A stretch of 64,000 bases of DNA from an uncultured Puniceicoccaceae bacterium (lineage in GTDB: Bacteria; Verrucomicrobiota; Verrucomicrobiia; Opitutales; Coraliomargaritaceae). Positions within the stretch are counted from its first letter, which is position 1; each line of letters opens with the position of its first letter. Both the position numbers and the translations under genes were made by a program. This document shows positions 9,949-20,739 of this stretch, in pieces. Under the pieces are notes generated by a model, which ran no database searches, was not told where the DNA came from, and worked only from the letters and a program-made list of their open reading frames with translations. The DNA is taken from the NCBI GenBank assembly GCA_913031135.1, contig CAJWEH010000001.1, positions 1,482-65,481 of the forward strand, given 5' to 3'.

Positions 9949-10692
9949 TTAAGATTTTTTCAACAACCCAATGAGGAACTCTTTGTTGCCATCCGTACCT
10001 TTTATGGGTGAGGGAATGCTTCCTAATAATTCGGAACTTTCTAATTCACTTAAAGAAAATTCAATTATTTCATTAAGGACTCTTTTATGGATTGCTTCAT
10101 CTCTAATAATTCCTTTCCCGGTATCGACTTCATGTTTTTCGGCTTCAAATTGAGGTTTAACAAGTGCGATCAATACGCCATCTGTTTCTAAGAAATTCCA
10201 GGCATTTGGTAGGACTTTTTTTAATGAAATAAATGATAAGTCCATAACGATTCTAGGGTAAGCCTGAAAGGGTAGATCTTCTTTTCTTAAATAGCGTGCG
10301 TTTAATTTTTCTAAGTTTTTTACTCTAGAATCTTGCCTTAGTTTATTGTGTAGTTGTGCTCTTCCAACATCAACACAGGTTGAGTGTATGGCTCCATTCT
10401 GCAAAGCATAATCAGTAAAGCCTCCTGTAGAAGCGCCAATATCTAAGACAGTCTTGCCCTCAAAAGACAGTTTGAAATGTTCAATAAAGCCTTCAAGTTT
10501 TTCTCCGCCTCTACTGACGAATTTTGGTGGCTCTAATAGGCTGATTTCAGAATCAGCAGGAATGGTTTGCCCTGGCTTATCAAGTCTCTGTGTTCCAAGC
10601 ATAACTTTACCTGCTAAAATTACGGCTTTAGCTTGTGATCGACTTGCGACGAGATTTTTTAATACTAGTAATTCATCTAGTCGTATTTTCAT
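9949..10692 (-). CDS. tlyA: TlyA-family rRNA 2'-O-methyltransferase
   Basis: RLD S4 domain, [33 protein letters not shown] at 10692 preferred. Confidence 0.93.
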   Translation of the reverse strand: MKIRLDELLVLKNLVASRSQAKAVILAGKVMLGTQRLDKPGQTIPADSEISLLEPPKFVSRGGEKLEGFIEHFKLSFEGKTVLDIGASTGGFTDYALQNGAIHSTCVDVGRAQLHNKLRQDSRVKNLEKLNARYLRKEDLPFQAYPRIVMDLSFISLKKVLPNAWNFLETDGVLIALVKPQFEAEKHEVDTGKGIIRDEAIHKRVLNEIIEFSLSELESSELLGSIPSPIKGTDGNKEFLIGLLKKS

Positions 10693-10784
10693 TATTTTAG
10701 GCACTCATAAAATCTGTTCAATTTATATGATTATTTCAAGTGACTTCCACTCTGTTATTTATAATAAGTATATTTATGCCATTT

Positions 10785-11615
10785 ATGGTTAATGAGATCG
10801 ATGTATTAGTTTTTGAAGAGGCTTATTTAAGGCAATTAGCGGAAGACTATGTTTCTGAAATAGGAATTAGGAGTCATTTCCTTAACCTTGATCAAATAAG
10901 ATCTAAGCGGAAGCGGCTAGATGCTTATAAAGAACTGACGGAAAAAGACTTTATCTTTCTTTTAAATCAAGACGGTCTACACATTCAAATGTTGCTCAAA
11001 ACAGCGCTTTGTATTAAGGTGGACTTTTGTTCGCCACAGATACAGTACCGATTAGCTAAAGGTGGAGGTAAATCCCAAATGATTGCTAAAGCGCTTGGTT
11101 TGAAGTCTGTGTTTCGGCCACGAGTTATCGATGCCACAGCAGGTCTTGGCAAAGATGCCTTTGTATTAGCAAGCTTAGGGTGCTTTGTTCAAATGTATGA
11201 ACGGAATCCACTCATTCAGCTTTTGCTCAAGGATGGTATGCGACGGGCTAGACAGAGTCATGATAGTAAACCAAACTCGGAACTGAAAGAGGCGCTCGAG
11301 CGAATGAAACTGAAGCCTTCAGATGTAGTGGAAGTATTCAATCAAGGAATAACTCAGTTTGATGTGCTTTATTTAGATCCAATGTTTCCCCATCCTGATA
11401 GTCGTTCTTTAGTAAAGAAAGATATGCAATTGTTGCAATCTCTGATAGGGGCTGATTCGGATGCTTCAGATGTCTTTAAAAAGGCACAATCATCAGGCAT
11501 TGCTCGGATCGTTGTGAAGCGGCCTAAAAGTGCGCCTTATCTTATGGATAAAAAGCCCGATCATTCCTTTGTCGGTAAGCGTAATCGTTTTGATATTTAC
11601 CATTCTACTGCTTAA
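10785..11615 (+). CDS. rsmJ: 16S rRNA m2G1516 methyltransferase-like
   Basis: IDATAGLGKDAFVLASLG, YLDPMFP, IVVKRP, RFDIY; start uncertain (10740, 10776 or 10785). Confidence 0.85.
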   Translation: MVNEIDVLVFEEAYLRQLAEDYVSEIGIRSHFLNLDQIRSKRKRLDAYKELTEKDFIFLLNQDGLHIQMLLKTALCIKVDFCSPQIQYRLAKGGGKSQMIAKALGLKSVFRPRVIDATAGLGKDAFVLASLGCFVQMYERNPLIQLLLKDGMRRARQSHDSKPNSELKEALERMKLKPSDVVEVFNQGITQFDVLYLDPMFPHPDSRSLVKKDMQLLQSLIGADSDASDVFKKAQSSGIARIVVKRPKSAPYLMDKKPDHSFVGKRNRFDIYHSTA

Positions 11616-11664
11616 GGTTTTTAGGGGTTGTTATTTTTAAGCTTTTTGATGCATTAACTATATT

Positions 11665-12777
11665 ATGGATTCAAGATACAAACAGTTAGCAGATGTGTTA
11701 GTTCAATTTTCAATTCAATTGAAAAAGGGCGAAAAGGTTTTAATCGATGGATTTGACATCCCTGAGAATATGGTCTTGGCCTTAATTCGGTCGGTACGAA
11801 GCAATGGAGGTATTCCTTTCGTTAATTTGCAGAATGCTAAGGTGAATCGGGAATTGATCCATCATTTAGAGAGCGGTCAATTTGAGTGCCAATCCGATTG
11901 GGAATTGCATCGTATGCAATCGATTGATGCCTATATTGCAGTTCGTGGTTCCGATAATATTTTTGAAATGTCTGATGTGAATCCGGAGCATTTAGTCAGT
12001 GCGTCTAGAGCCATGAAGGATGTAATGGATCATCGGGTGAATAAGACTAAGTGGGTGATATTGCGCTGGCCGACAAATGCGATGGCTCAACAGGCGATGA
12101 TGAGCAGTGAAGCCTTTGAAGACTTTTTCTTTAAAGTATGCACCCAAGACTTTTCAAAGATGGAAGTCGGGATGAATCGACTGAAGGATTTGATGTCTCA
12201 GACGGATTTGGTTGAAATTAAAGGGCCTGATACCGACTTGAGCTTCTCAATTAAAGGGATCGGTGCAGTAGCTTGTGGAGGTCGAAAAAACATACCAGAT
12301 GGAGAGGTCTTTTCATGCCCTGTCAAAGAGTCCGTGGAAGGGTTTATTCGCTTCAATGCACCTACGGTTTATCGTGGAATTTCCTTTGATAATATTGCTC
12401 TTAAATTTAAAAAGGGCAAAATCGTCGAAGCATCTGGCAGCAATGAAACGGCACTAAATGCCATATTAGATTCTGACCCAGGAGCTCGTTACATCGGGGA
12501 ATTTGCGATTGGATTTAATCCTCTCATCCTTGAGCCCATGCGTGATATTTTATTTGATGAAAAAATTGCTGGTTCATTCCATTTTACTCCAGGGCAAGCT
12601 TATGAAGATACTGATAATGGAAATCGCTCACAGGTGCACTGGGATATGGTTCATATTCAAAGACCTGAGTACGGTGGAGGTTCCATCTATTTTGATGGGA
12701 CTTTAATTCGAGAAGACGGCCTATTCGTTAGTGAAGAGCTTAAGTGTTTAAACCCAGAGGCTTTGCTTAACAACTAA
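11665..12777 (+). CDS. Aminopeptidase, M29 (AmpS/PepS) family
   Basis: [38 protein letters not shown]. Confidence 0.92.
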   Translation: MDSRYKQLADVLVQFSIQLKKGEKVLIDGFDIPENMVLALIRSVRSNGGIPFVNLQNAKVNRELIHHLESGQFECQSDWELHRMQSIDAYIAVRGSDNIFEMSDVNPEHLVSASRAMKDVMDHRVNKTKWVILRWPTNAMAQQAMMSSEAFEDFFFKVCTQDFSKMEVGMNRLKDLMSQTDLVEIKGPDTDLSFSIKGIGAVACGGRKNIPDGEVFSCPVKESVEGFIRFNAPTVYRGISFDNIALKFKKGKIVEASGSNETALNAILDSDPGARYIGEFAIGFNPLILEPMRDILFDEKIAGSFHFTPGQAYEDTDNGNRSQVHWDMVHIQRPEYGGGSIYFDGTLIREDGLFVSEELKCLNPEALLNN

Positions 12778-12787
12778 TTGCCACTGG

Positions 12788-13537
12788 CTATATTCCAGCT
12801 TCAATGGCTTGGTTCTGTATTTTTACTAGTGCTTCGATTCCTTTTTGTCCTAGCTTAATGAGTGCGCTTAATTCGTCCTCAGAGTAGGTGGCTTCTTCGC
12901 CTGAACTTTGTACTTCAACAAATTTATTAGAGCCAGTCATAACGATATTTGCATCGACAGTTGCATCTTTGTCTTCTTCGTAATTCAAGTCTAATATTGG
13001 CGTTCCATTGTAAATTCCTGCTGATATAGCTGCGACTGAATCAGTGAATGGGTTCTCCTTTAATTCATTGCTTTTTAATAATTTTTGAACGGCTATTTGT
13101 GCTGCTATATAGGCTCCAGTGATGGATGCCGTTCGAGTGCCGCCATCAGCTTGCAATACATCACAATCAATCCATAAGGTTTTAGGGCCTAATTTTTTTA
13201 AATCTAAGACGGCTCTCAGTGATCGACCAATTAACCTTTGTATCTCAATTGTCCGTCCGTCCGATTTCCCCCTAGAAATGTCTCTTTGCTTGCGATCTAA
13301 TGTGCTGTAGGGAAGCATTGAATATTCTGCGGTGATCCATCCGCCTTCCACATTTTGGGCACGCATCCAACCAGGTACTTTATTTTCTATTGTACAGGCG
13401 CAAATGACCTGTGTACTTCCAAAAGAAAAGAGAACCGATCCAAGTGCGTTGGGCGCAATATTTATTTTGTATGCTATGGGTCTCATGGAATCATTGGCTC
13501 TATTTCCGATTCTAGGGGTGGATGCTTGATCTTTCAT
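12788..13537 (-). CDS. rph: Ribonuclease PH
   Basis: GWITAEYSMLP, EIQRLIGRSLRA, DCDVLQADGGTRTASITG. Confidence 0.97.
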   Translation of the reverse strand: MKDQASTPRIGNRANDSMRPIAYKINIAPNALGSVLFSFGSTQVICACTIENKVPGWMRAQNVEGGWITAEYSMLPYSTLDRKQRDISRGKSDGRTIEIQRLIGRSLRAVLDLKKLGPKTLWIDCDVLQADGGTRTASITGAYIAAQIAVQKLLKSNELKENPFTDSVAAISAGIYNGTPILDLNYEEDKDATVDANIVMTGSNKFVEVQSSGEEATYSEDELSALIKLGQKGIEALVKIQNQAIEAGI

Positions 13538-13624
13538 AATTGGCTAGGAATTTTTAATATAAGGAATTTTTTAATTGAGTTCAGTTTGACAACTTAGTGA
13601 TAATATTTGCAACTCTGAAAAATT

Positions 13625-14476
13625 ATGAATGAACTGGTTCCTACAGAAACTTGGAAAATCGCTGCCTTTTATCACTTTGCAGAATTTTTGGATTATGAGC
13701 AATTTGCAGATCTGCTGGTGGAGCATGGTTTAAAGGTTGGGCTCCGAGGTACGATCATTCTTGCAAAAGAGGGAATAAACTCAACGTGCTCGGGAACTGC
13801 CAATGCCATCGATTCTACGATTAGTTTAATCAAATCAGATGCCCGATTTTCCGATATGGAGGTTAAATATTCTTATGCTGAGTTTTGCCCATTTCCTAAG
13901 TTTAAAGTTAAAAAAAAGCCTGAAATTGTAACATTTCGGCAAGAGGGTGCCGATCCTAGAGAAATGGTGGGTACCTACCTTGAACCTGATGAATGGAATG
14001 AGTTGTTAAAGGAATCAGGTGTCATTACGATTGATACTCGTAATGATTATGAAGTGAAGGTCGGTCAATTTAAAGGTGCTATTAATCCTAAAACAGATGA
14101 TTTTACGAGTTTTGCAGAATTTGTGGATCAAGAGTTAGCAAAGCATAAGGACCATAAAATCGCCATGTATTGCACGGGGGGTATTCGCTGTGAACGATCA
14201 ACTGCTTATTTAAAGAAAAAAGGCTTTAAAAATGTCTACCATTTGAAAGGGGGGATTTTAAAATATTTAGAATCAATGCCTAAGGAAAAAAGTTTATGGC
14301 AGGGTGATTGTTTTGTTTTTGACTATAGAGTTGCCGTTAATCACGATTTAAAGCCAGCACTTTGGAAAATAGACCCTGAATCGAATATGCCTGAACGAAT
14401 GAACCCAAATGAAGTTGAGAAAATTAACGAACGACGTAAGTCGGGAGCGATCTTTAAGAAGCCCCATACTTATTAG
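13625..14476 (+). CDS. trhO: UPF0176 rhodanese-domain protein (tRNA uridine(34) hydroxylase family)
   Basis: EGINST, IDTRNDYE, MYCTGGIRCE, HLKGGILKY, CFVFD.R. Confidence 0.88.
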   Translation: MNELVPTETWKIAAFYHFAEFLDYEQFADLLVEHGLKVGLRGTIILAKEGINSTCSGTANAIDSTISLIKSDARFSDMEVKYSYAEFCPFPKFKVKKKPEIVTFRQEGADPREMVGTYLEPDEWNELLKESGVITIDTRNDYEVKVGQFKGAINPKTDDFTSFAEFVDQELAKHKDHKIAMYCTGGIRCERSTAYLKKKGFKNVYHLKGGILKYLESMPKEKSLWQGDCFVFDYRVAVNHDLKPALWKIDPESNMPERMNPNEVEKINERRKSGAIFKKPHTY

Positions 14477-14562
14477 TTGATTGACAGCACTTCATATGCT
14501 CATTTTAGCTTTAATTTGTTGCATTCATTTTTTAAACCATTTCATTTATATATTTACTTTTG

Positions 14563-15165
14563 ATGTCATCTTACCTCAACAAAAACTCAAAAAGCGGTTT
14601 TACCTTGGTTGAATTGTTGGTTGTTTTATCAATAATTGTAATTCTTGCAGGAATCACCTTTGGGGTTGCATCAGGTGTGCAATCGACTCGTTTAAAGTCG
14701 ACGGCTAAAGCAGAATTAACCTTGTTGTCGCAAGGTATCGAGCAGTTTCGTCTAGACAATGGAGATTTTCCTTTAACGAGCAGCCCTGAAGATAATGCGA
14801 TCACACTTTCTAAGTCCCTATTGGGTTGGAAAGCCTTTTTAGGTTCCCCCGCTAAATTTATCGACAAGCGATTATCTCGAGTAGATCCTGCTCCAATGCC
14901 CTATATCCCTGTTTCTAAAATTAATTTTGAAGGTGAACTTCCTGAATCGCCTAGAAAGAAACCCGTCGATGTTCGATTTGTGGACCCTTGGGGGCAGGCT
15001 TATGTCTATGCTTATAAGGAATCCAAAAAGTGGGATAATTACGGATTTGTATTATTTTCAAAAGGTGAAGATGGTGAATCTTCTCCGATCCCTGAAGATG
15101 GAGTCTTGACTCGAGAATTCATGGAACAAGCACAAAACATAGACAATATTTATATAGAACAATAA
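14563..15165 (+). CDS. Prepilin-type protein, GspG-like major pseudopilin
   Basis: KSG|FTLVELLVV class III signal peptide; C-terminal DPWGQAYVY and SKGEDG motifs of GspG-like pilins. Confidence 0.88.
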   Translation: MSSYLNKNSKSGFTLVELLVVLSIIVILAGITFGVASGVQSTRLKSTAKAELTLLSQGIEQFRLDNGDFPLTSSPEDNAITLSKSLLGWKAFLGSPAKFIDKRLSRVDPAPMPYIPVSKINFEGELPESPRKKPVDVRFVDPWGQAYVYAYKESKKWDNYGFVLFSKGEDGESSPIPEDGVLTREFMEQAQNIDNIYIEQ

Positions 15166-15170
15166 CCCAT

Positions 15171-15758
15171 ATGAAAAAGAATCGTAACCAAGCATTTACT
15201 CTCGTGGAACTATTGATGGTCGTTGCCATCATTGGTTTGTTAGCAAGTATATTAATTCCGACTGTTGGAACTGTTAGGGAAAAAGCAGCAATCGCTTCAG
15301 GAAAATCTCAGTTGTCTCAATACTTGAATGCCATTCAGCAATTCAAGGGTGAGTATGGCTATTATCCATTCTCTAAAGGGAAAGAAGATTACATCATTCC
15401 TTTATCTGATCCTACGGTAGCTCGCTTATTTATTGAAACATTATCTGGTAGAGATACAGAAACAGGGCAATCAAAAGCGGTTGGCGGGAACCGCAAGCGC
15501 ATTGCGTTTCACGATTTTTCTGAAAATGAGCTTTATTTAGGGGATGATGACCTAACGGTATTTTCACAAGTAGCGGATAGCTTTAATAATAGAAACATTA
15601 TTATTATGGTGGACGGAAATGGGGATGGGTTTCTTTCGCCTGAGCCAGCCTCTACCTTTCCAGCTCCTCCAGAGCAAAAACTTAGAGAATCGATTACTGC
15701 TTGGGTTGAGTCAGATGACATCAATGATGTACCGGCATATGCCCTTTGGGAAAATTAA
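15171..15758 (+). CDS. Prepilin-type protein (second GspG-like pilin)
   Basis: NQA|FTLVELLMVVAIIGLLASILIP; EYGYYP. Confidence 0.88.
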   Translation: MKKNRNQAFTLVELLMVVAIIGLLASILIPTVGTVREKAAIASGKSQLSQYLNAIQQFKGEYGYYPFSKGKEDYIIPLSDPTVARLFIETLSGRDTETGQSKAVGGNRKRIAFHDFSENELYLGDDDLTVFSQVADSFNNRNIIIMVDGNGDGFLSPEPASTFPAPPEQKLRESITAWVESDDINDVPAYALWEN

Positions 15759-15788
15759 TCTAGCCGTTCTTATTAAAATCAGTTATTA

Positions 15789-16499
15789 ATGGTACGTCGT
15801 AATTACAGCAAGGCATTTACTTTAGTAGAATTATTGATTGTTTTGAGCTTAGTGATGGTTGCTTCATCCGTCATTGTCTTGAGTACTGGCAGTGGTGATG
15901 GGGTGTCGCTGAAGTCTTCACAGAGGATTATTTCTAGTGTTGCACAAGGTGCAAGGGGCCAAGCCATTTTAAAACAAGCTAAATCACGCCTTATTATTTA
16001 TGCGGATAGAAGTCCAAAGTCTGAAGAAGAAAAATACCTTCGATTTGTTGGTATCATCACTCAAGATGAAAACAATCCTAAAAAATGGGTAGCAGCAACT
16101 AAGGGAACACGTCTGCCTAAAGGAATTTATTTTAATCCAAAGGCTTCAGAATTGATTAGTGGTAATAGCAAGCCTTTTAAACAAATGAAATTGCAGTATC
16201 CGAGAATCAATTCTCAAACAGAAGGTGTCGGTGAATCCTACTATTATTATGAATTTAATACCAATGGTACGATTGCTAAGAAATTCGAGAACGCTTGGTT
16301 AATAATATCTGCTGGGATCTTAAGGCCTGATGATAAGGGTATTATGTCTGTCGATTTTGAGGATCCAAAAAAAGAAGGGCTCAAGTCTGGCTTAATCTTT
16401 CGGAAAGTTGGAACGACAACTTTGGTTTCAGATGCTGTTCAAATAGATTTTATGATAAATAAAGCTCTTAAAAGCCGATCTAAAAATACTACAAAGTAA
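15789..16499 (+). CDS. Prepilin-type protein, GspH/FimT-like (Verru_Chthon cassette D-like)
   Basis: SKA|FTLVELLIV; ARGQAI helix; LPKGIYF; FNTNG. Confidence 0.78.
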   Translation: MVRRNYSKAFTLVELLIVLSLVMVASSVIVLSTGSGDGVSLKSSQRIISSVAQGARGQAILKQAKSRLIIYADRSPKSEEEKYLRFVGIITQDENNPKKWVAATKGTRLPKGIYFNPKASELISGNSKPFKQMKLQYPRINSQTEGVGESYYYYEFNTNGTIAKKFENAWLIISAGILRPDDKGIMSVDFEDPKKEGLKSGLIFRKVGTTTLVSDAVQIDFMINKALKSRSKNTTK

Positions 16500-16511
16500 C
16501 TGGTAATTATT

Positions 16512-17159
16512 ATGACATTCGACTCTAGAGATAAAGGATTCAGTTTAATTGAGGTTGTTCTTGCAATTGGAATCTTTTTGGTGACCGTGCTCGTTCTTGT
16601 TGGTATGTTAGGACCAACGCTTGAATCAGTGGAAGAGGTTGATAAAACAGACGAAATTGTATCCGTTATTGATTCTGTTTCGGCATTTTTAAACGGAGGA
16701 TCCGATTTTGGGCAGAATGTTGCTTCATTTGATATCATTTATGAAACGATTTTAACAGGTGGGTATTCTACAATTTATGTCTATCGCTCCTATTTATCAG
16801 CTAATTCATCAGATGTAAAATTGTCAGTGGGCTTTTCACCTAGCGAGCGCACTTCAACCCAAAGAATCAGTACTCGCAGTCGTGCCTTTGATTTTAAAAA
16901 TGCTGCCGGTCGTATTTACCGTTGTGTGCTCACGGTTAAACCATTATTGCCAAAAGGAAATTATAAAGATAGAGGTCGAAGAGCATTTCCCCGCTATATA
17001 CTGACTAATAAAATTAATGAATTTAATGAAGGGTATTTGCCAATAGAAGTGGCTATTTATGCAGAAAACCCTGGACCTTCTTTTAGTGATCGAATTTCAA
17101 TTCGAGATTTGTCATTAAAAGAGCCTGATTACGTATTTAACACCGCCATATCTCGATGA
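16512..17159 (+). CDS. Prepilin-type protein, GspI/PilV-like (Verru_Chthon cassette B-like)
   Basis: DKG|FSLIEVVLAIGIF...LVGMLGP. Confidence 0.78.
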   Translation: MTFDSRDKGFSLIEVVLAIGIFLVTVLVLVGMLGPTLESVEEVDKTDEIVSVIDSVSAFLNGGSDFGQNVASFDIIYETILTGGYSTIYVYRSYLSANSSDVKLSVGFSPSERTSTQRISTRSRAFDFKNAAGRIYRCVLTVKPLLPKGNYKDRGRRAFPRYILTNKINEFNEGYLPIEVAIYAENPGPSFSDRISIRDLSLKEPDYVFNTAISR

Positions 17160-18049
17160 TTTTCAAGCAAAAAAAGAGAGGTTTCACCCTTATTGAAATT
17201 ATGATCGCTACGGTGATTATGGTCTTAATGGTCGGACTTGTTATTCAAATTACGAGTGAAGTGCTTAAAGCATGGAGCCGTTCATCTGGAAAGCTTTCCG
17301 CTGCTGCTGAAGCGAGAGTCGCACTCGAGATATTATCTGCAGATCTTGAGGGAGCTGTTATGCAGAATGATGGACTAGAATGGCTTCGTTCAGAAAGTGA
17401 GCCGATTGCTGGACCGTCAAAGTCGTCCACGGTCGCATTAAGGCTTTTTACTGCGTTGAGAAATAAACCTCAAAATGCAGACGGTAGTACCCGTCAAGGA
17501 GACATAGCTGCAGTCGCCTACGATCTCGAATATGTGAATCCAGTCGATGGATCTAGTAGGGGAGAAAAGACTTTTGTTTTGTATCGATTAGAGGTGGATC
17601 CTTTGAAGACATTTAATACACTATTGAATCCAGAGTTTCGTCAAACATTGCCGGATAAACGTGCTAAGAAATGGGGGCAAAAAAATTCAATCAAAGGTGA
17701 GAACGGTGAAAATTATTTAGTGTCTAATATTGTTGATTTTCGTATCGATTTTTATGTTGAGGATGATGGGAATCAAGCGACACCGACCTTATACTACCGT
17801 CGTTCATTAAGGAATCCTAATAGATCCGTTATTTACGGGGGAGAAATGGCTACAGTTGGACCTCAAGCAACTGTAACGCATTATCAAAATGCACTCTCTT
17901 ATGCAGAAATTAAGCTAACCGTGCTGTCTGATGAGGGTGTTAGTATAATGCAAAATATTGACAAAAGACCAGAGTCACCGAGCGATGTGATTCGTGAATA
18001 TTCTCAGGTATTTGTTCGAAGAGTCCAATTCCCAACTAAGCCTTTATAG
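17156..18049 (+). CDS. Prepilin-type protein, GspJ/PilW-like (Verru_Chthon cassette C-like)
   Basis: KRG|FTLIEIMIA; ARVALEILSADL helix; LYR and LVSNIVDFRI motifs; ATGA overlap with the previous gene. Confidence 0.8.
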   Translation: MIFKQKKRGFTLIEIMIATVIMVLMVGLVIQITSEVLKAWSRSSGKLSAAAEARVALEILSADLEGAVMQNDGLEWLRSESEPIAGPSKSSTVALRLFTALRNKPQNADGSTRQGDIAAVAYDLEYVNPVDGSSRGEKTFVLYRLEVDPLKTFNTLLNPEFRQTLPDKRAKKWGQKNSIKGENGENYLVSNIVDFRIDFYVEDDGNQATPTLYYRRSLRNPNRSVIYGGEMATVGPQATVTHYQNALSYAEIKLTVLSDEGVSIMQNIDKRPESPSDVIREYSQVFVRRVQFPTKPL

Positions 18050-18071
18050 AACAATTAAATAAAGGCTTTTT
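18038..18071. terminator. Probable terminator hairpin between the convergent pilin cassette and alaS
   Basis: AAGCCTTTAT (18038-18047) pairs with ATAAAGGCTT (18059-18068), followed by T's. Confidence 0.5.
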
Positions 18072-20718
18072 AAATCTCAAAGCTCGAGAGGATATCTTTG
18101 AATGCTTGATTTTGAGGAGCTCCGCCCATAGCAAAATTATTTTTTCCTCCACCTTTTCCGTCGAGTAACTGACAGACGGCTTGAACGATGTTCCCGGCGT
18201 GGAAGCCTTGCTCAACGGCTTCACTAGAAACGGAAGCACAAATTTGAATTTTACCCTTTAATTCTGCAGCTAAAAGCACCAATCCAGCATTTAGCTCTGG
18301 AAGCAATTGATTTGCTAAGGTTTTTAAGCCTTCGCTAGTTTCTACATTAACAACACTTTTTATGTATTCTGAACCAGAAGCCGTTTTCTGTTTTGTCTTG
18401 ATTAAACCAGCTACTTGATTGGTTAAGGCTGTTTGTTGATAAGCTTTAATTGTTTTTTCTAGCTCTTTATTTTGTTCTAATACATGTGAGATACGATCTA
18501 GTAAGTCTTCAGGTGTACATTTTAAGACACTGGATAATGCATGAACATTAGCAAAAGTCTCAGAGATGTGCATAAAGGCTGATTGACCGCAAATCGCTTC
18601 TATGCGCCTAACGCCTGAAGCAATACCAGATTCGGATTTAATTTTAAATAAACCAATTTCACCAACTGCCTTCACATGTGTTCCTCCACACAACTCTTTT
18701 GAATAGCCGCCAATATCTACAACTCGTACTTGTTCACCATATTTTTCCCCAAAGACAGCGACCACATCATTAGGTTTGTCTTGAAAGGTGATTTCATAGG
18801 AAGAAACGGGGGCATTTTCCAAAATCTTTTGATTAATCGATGCCTCTATACTAGCTAGTTGCTCTGATGTTATCGCTTCAAAATGCCTAAAATCAAAGCG
18901 CAAACGATTGTCTTCAACGAGTGATCCTGCCTGATGGATATGGTTTCCTAAATGTGTTCTTAGCGCCCAATTCAAAAGGTGAGTGGCGGAATGGTGCCTC
19001 TGGATCGCTTGTCTCCTTGTATGGTCTATTTTAAGGGAGACAGTTCCTGTTAAGGTAGATTGTGTTTCAACAATGTGTAAAAAGACTCCATTTTTAACCT
19101 GAGTGTCTAAGATCGTATGCGTTTCATTTGAACTTGTCGTAAGGGTTCCCGTATCACCGATTTGACCTCCCATTTCACCGTAAAATAAGGTTTTGTCTAA
19201 AATAACGGCGACCGATTTGTCATCAATTTTTTGAACATCTAAGATCGTTGCTTCCAAAGTGTCGGTCGATAAGTCATAGCCTTCAAAAACTGTTTGGTTC
19301 ATTGAAGTGTCTTCTGTTGCAATGATGACTTCTTTCTTTTGTGACGATCGAGCACGTTCCTTTTGTTGTTCCATGCAGGCTTCAAAGGCGGATTGATCGA
19401 TTGAAATTTTTCGTTCATTTGCGATCAATGCAGTGAGGTCAAAGGGGAATCCATAGGTGTCATAGAGCAAGAACGATTCTTTGCCCGTGATTGATCCTTT
19501 TGCGCTCATTTTATCAAATAATTGTAAGCCACGTTCAAGAGTCTTATTAAAAGACGCTTCTTCATTTGAAATAACTTTTTTGATGGTCTTGGCTTGTTCT
19601 TTGAGTTCAGGAAAAGCAGGACCCATTTTTTCGATGACTGTATCACAAAGCTCTTTGAAAAACCCTGGAGCTAGATCCAATTTTCTTCCAAATAAAATTG
19701 CGCGCCTCAAGATACGTCTTAGAACATAATTTCTCCCTTCATTTCCAGGGATGATGCCATCTGCGATAGAAAAACTTAAAGTTCTAATGTGGTCAGCTAT
19801 TACCCGAAAGGCACAATCAATCTCTTCTTGATTGTTTTTAAAAATATGGCTTTCGGGCATCGTAAAGCCATAATGATGACTGGTTAAAGATTCTATTTTT
19901 TTAAAGATAACATTGAAGAGATCACTGTTATAGTTGCTAGGGGGATTAGAAAAGTCTGTGAAGTTCTTTGTTGTAGCAAGGATTCCAGCTATTCTCTCGA
20001 AGCCCATACCAGTATCAACATGGCAAGCTGGAAGTGGTTTGAAGTCTCCATCAACCGTCGCATTTAATTGGATGAAGACTAAATTCCAAATTTCAATGCA
20101 CCATGGAGAATCTAAATTAACGAGGGCACCTTTTGAATCCCCCTTAGGAGTCAGGTCGATGTGAAGCTCTGAACAAGGGCCGCAGGGTCCAGTATCTCCC
20201 ATCATCCAAAAATTATCTTTTTTATTACCAAACTGTATGTGGATTTTCGGATCGAGTCCCTCTGCCTCAAAGATACTCTGCCAATAATCAAATGCCTCTT
20301 GGTCGAATTCAGAGGGTTCGCCTTTTTCTGGTTTGTAAACTGTTGCATACAGGCGTTCTTTAGGAAAATTCCATTCCTTAGTCAACAGTTCCCAAGACCA
20401 TTCAATTGCTTCCTTTTTGAAGTAGTCACCGATTGACCAGTTGCCAAGCATTTCAAAGAAAGTGTGATGGTAAGTGTCAAATCCAACATCTTCTAAATCA
20501 TTATGTTTGCCTCCTGCTCGTATACATTTCTGAGAGTTGGCAATTCGCTTGTAAGGAGCTGGCAACTCATTCAAGAAGTAGGGGACAAATTGATTCATCC
20601 CTGCATTCGTAAAGAGTAAGTTTGGGGCGGTTGGCATTAATGAAGCAGAAGGAACCGAGGTGTGTCCCTTTTTTTCAAAGAACTGTATGAATGAGTCTCT
20701 TACTGCTTCAGAATTCAT
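18070..20718 (-). CDS. alaS: Alanine--tRNA ligase
   Basis: LLFTNAGM, HHTFFEMLGN, GPCGPCSE, DTGMGFER, HSATH editing motif, ELCGGTH, GKGGG. Confidence 0.98.
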   Translation of the reverse strand: MNSEAVRDSFIQFFEKKGHTSVPSASLMPTAPNLLFTNAGMNQFVPYFLNELPAPYKRIANSQKCIRAGGKHNDLEDVGFDTYHHTFFEMLGNWSIGDYFKKEAIEWSWELLTKEWNFPKERLYATVYKPEKGEPSEFDQEAFDYWQSIFEAEGLDPKIHIQFGNKKDNFWMMGDTGPCGPCSELHIDLTPKGDSKGALVNLDSPWCIEIWNLVFIQLNATVDGDFKPLPACHVDTGMGFERIAGILATTKNFTDFSNPPSNYNSDLFNVIFKKIESLTSHHYGFTMPESHIFKNNQEEIDCAFRVIADHIRTLSFSIADGIIPGNEGRNYVLRRILRRAILFGRKLDLAPGFFKELCDTVIEKMGPAFPELKEQAKTIKKVISNEEASFNKTLERGLQLFDKMSAKGSITGKESFLLYDTYGFPFDLTALIANERKISIDQSAFEACMEQQKERARSSQKKEVIIATEDTSMNQTVFEGYDLSTDTLEATILDVQKIDDKSVAVILDKTLFYGEMGGQIGDTGTLTTSSNETHTILDTQVKNGVFLHIVETQSTLTGTVSLKIDHTRRQAIQRHHSATHLLNWALRTHLGNHIHQAGSLVEDNRLRFDFRHFEAITSEQLASIEASINQKILENAPVSSYEITFQDKPNDVVAVFGEKYGEQVRVVDIGGYSKELCGGTHVKAVGEIGLFKIKSESGIASGVRRIEAICGQSAFMHISETFANVHALSSVLKCTPEDLLDRISHVLEQNKELEKTIKAYQQTALTNQVAGLIKTKQKTASGSEYIKSVVNVETSEGLKTLANQLLPELNAGLVLLAAELKGKIQICASVSSEAVEQGFHAGNIVQAVCQLLDGKGGGKNNFAMGGAPQNQAFKDILSSFEI

Positions 20719-20739
20719 AAATGGGTCGATTGATAGAGT

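Noticed and set aside
9949..10692. TlyA as a haemolysin/virulence factor
   Set aside because: Methyltransferase motifs and the common tlyA-nadK linkage point to rRNA methylation.
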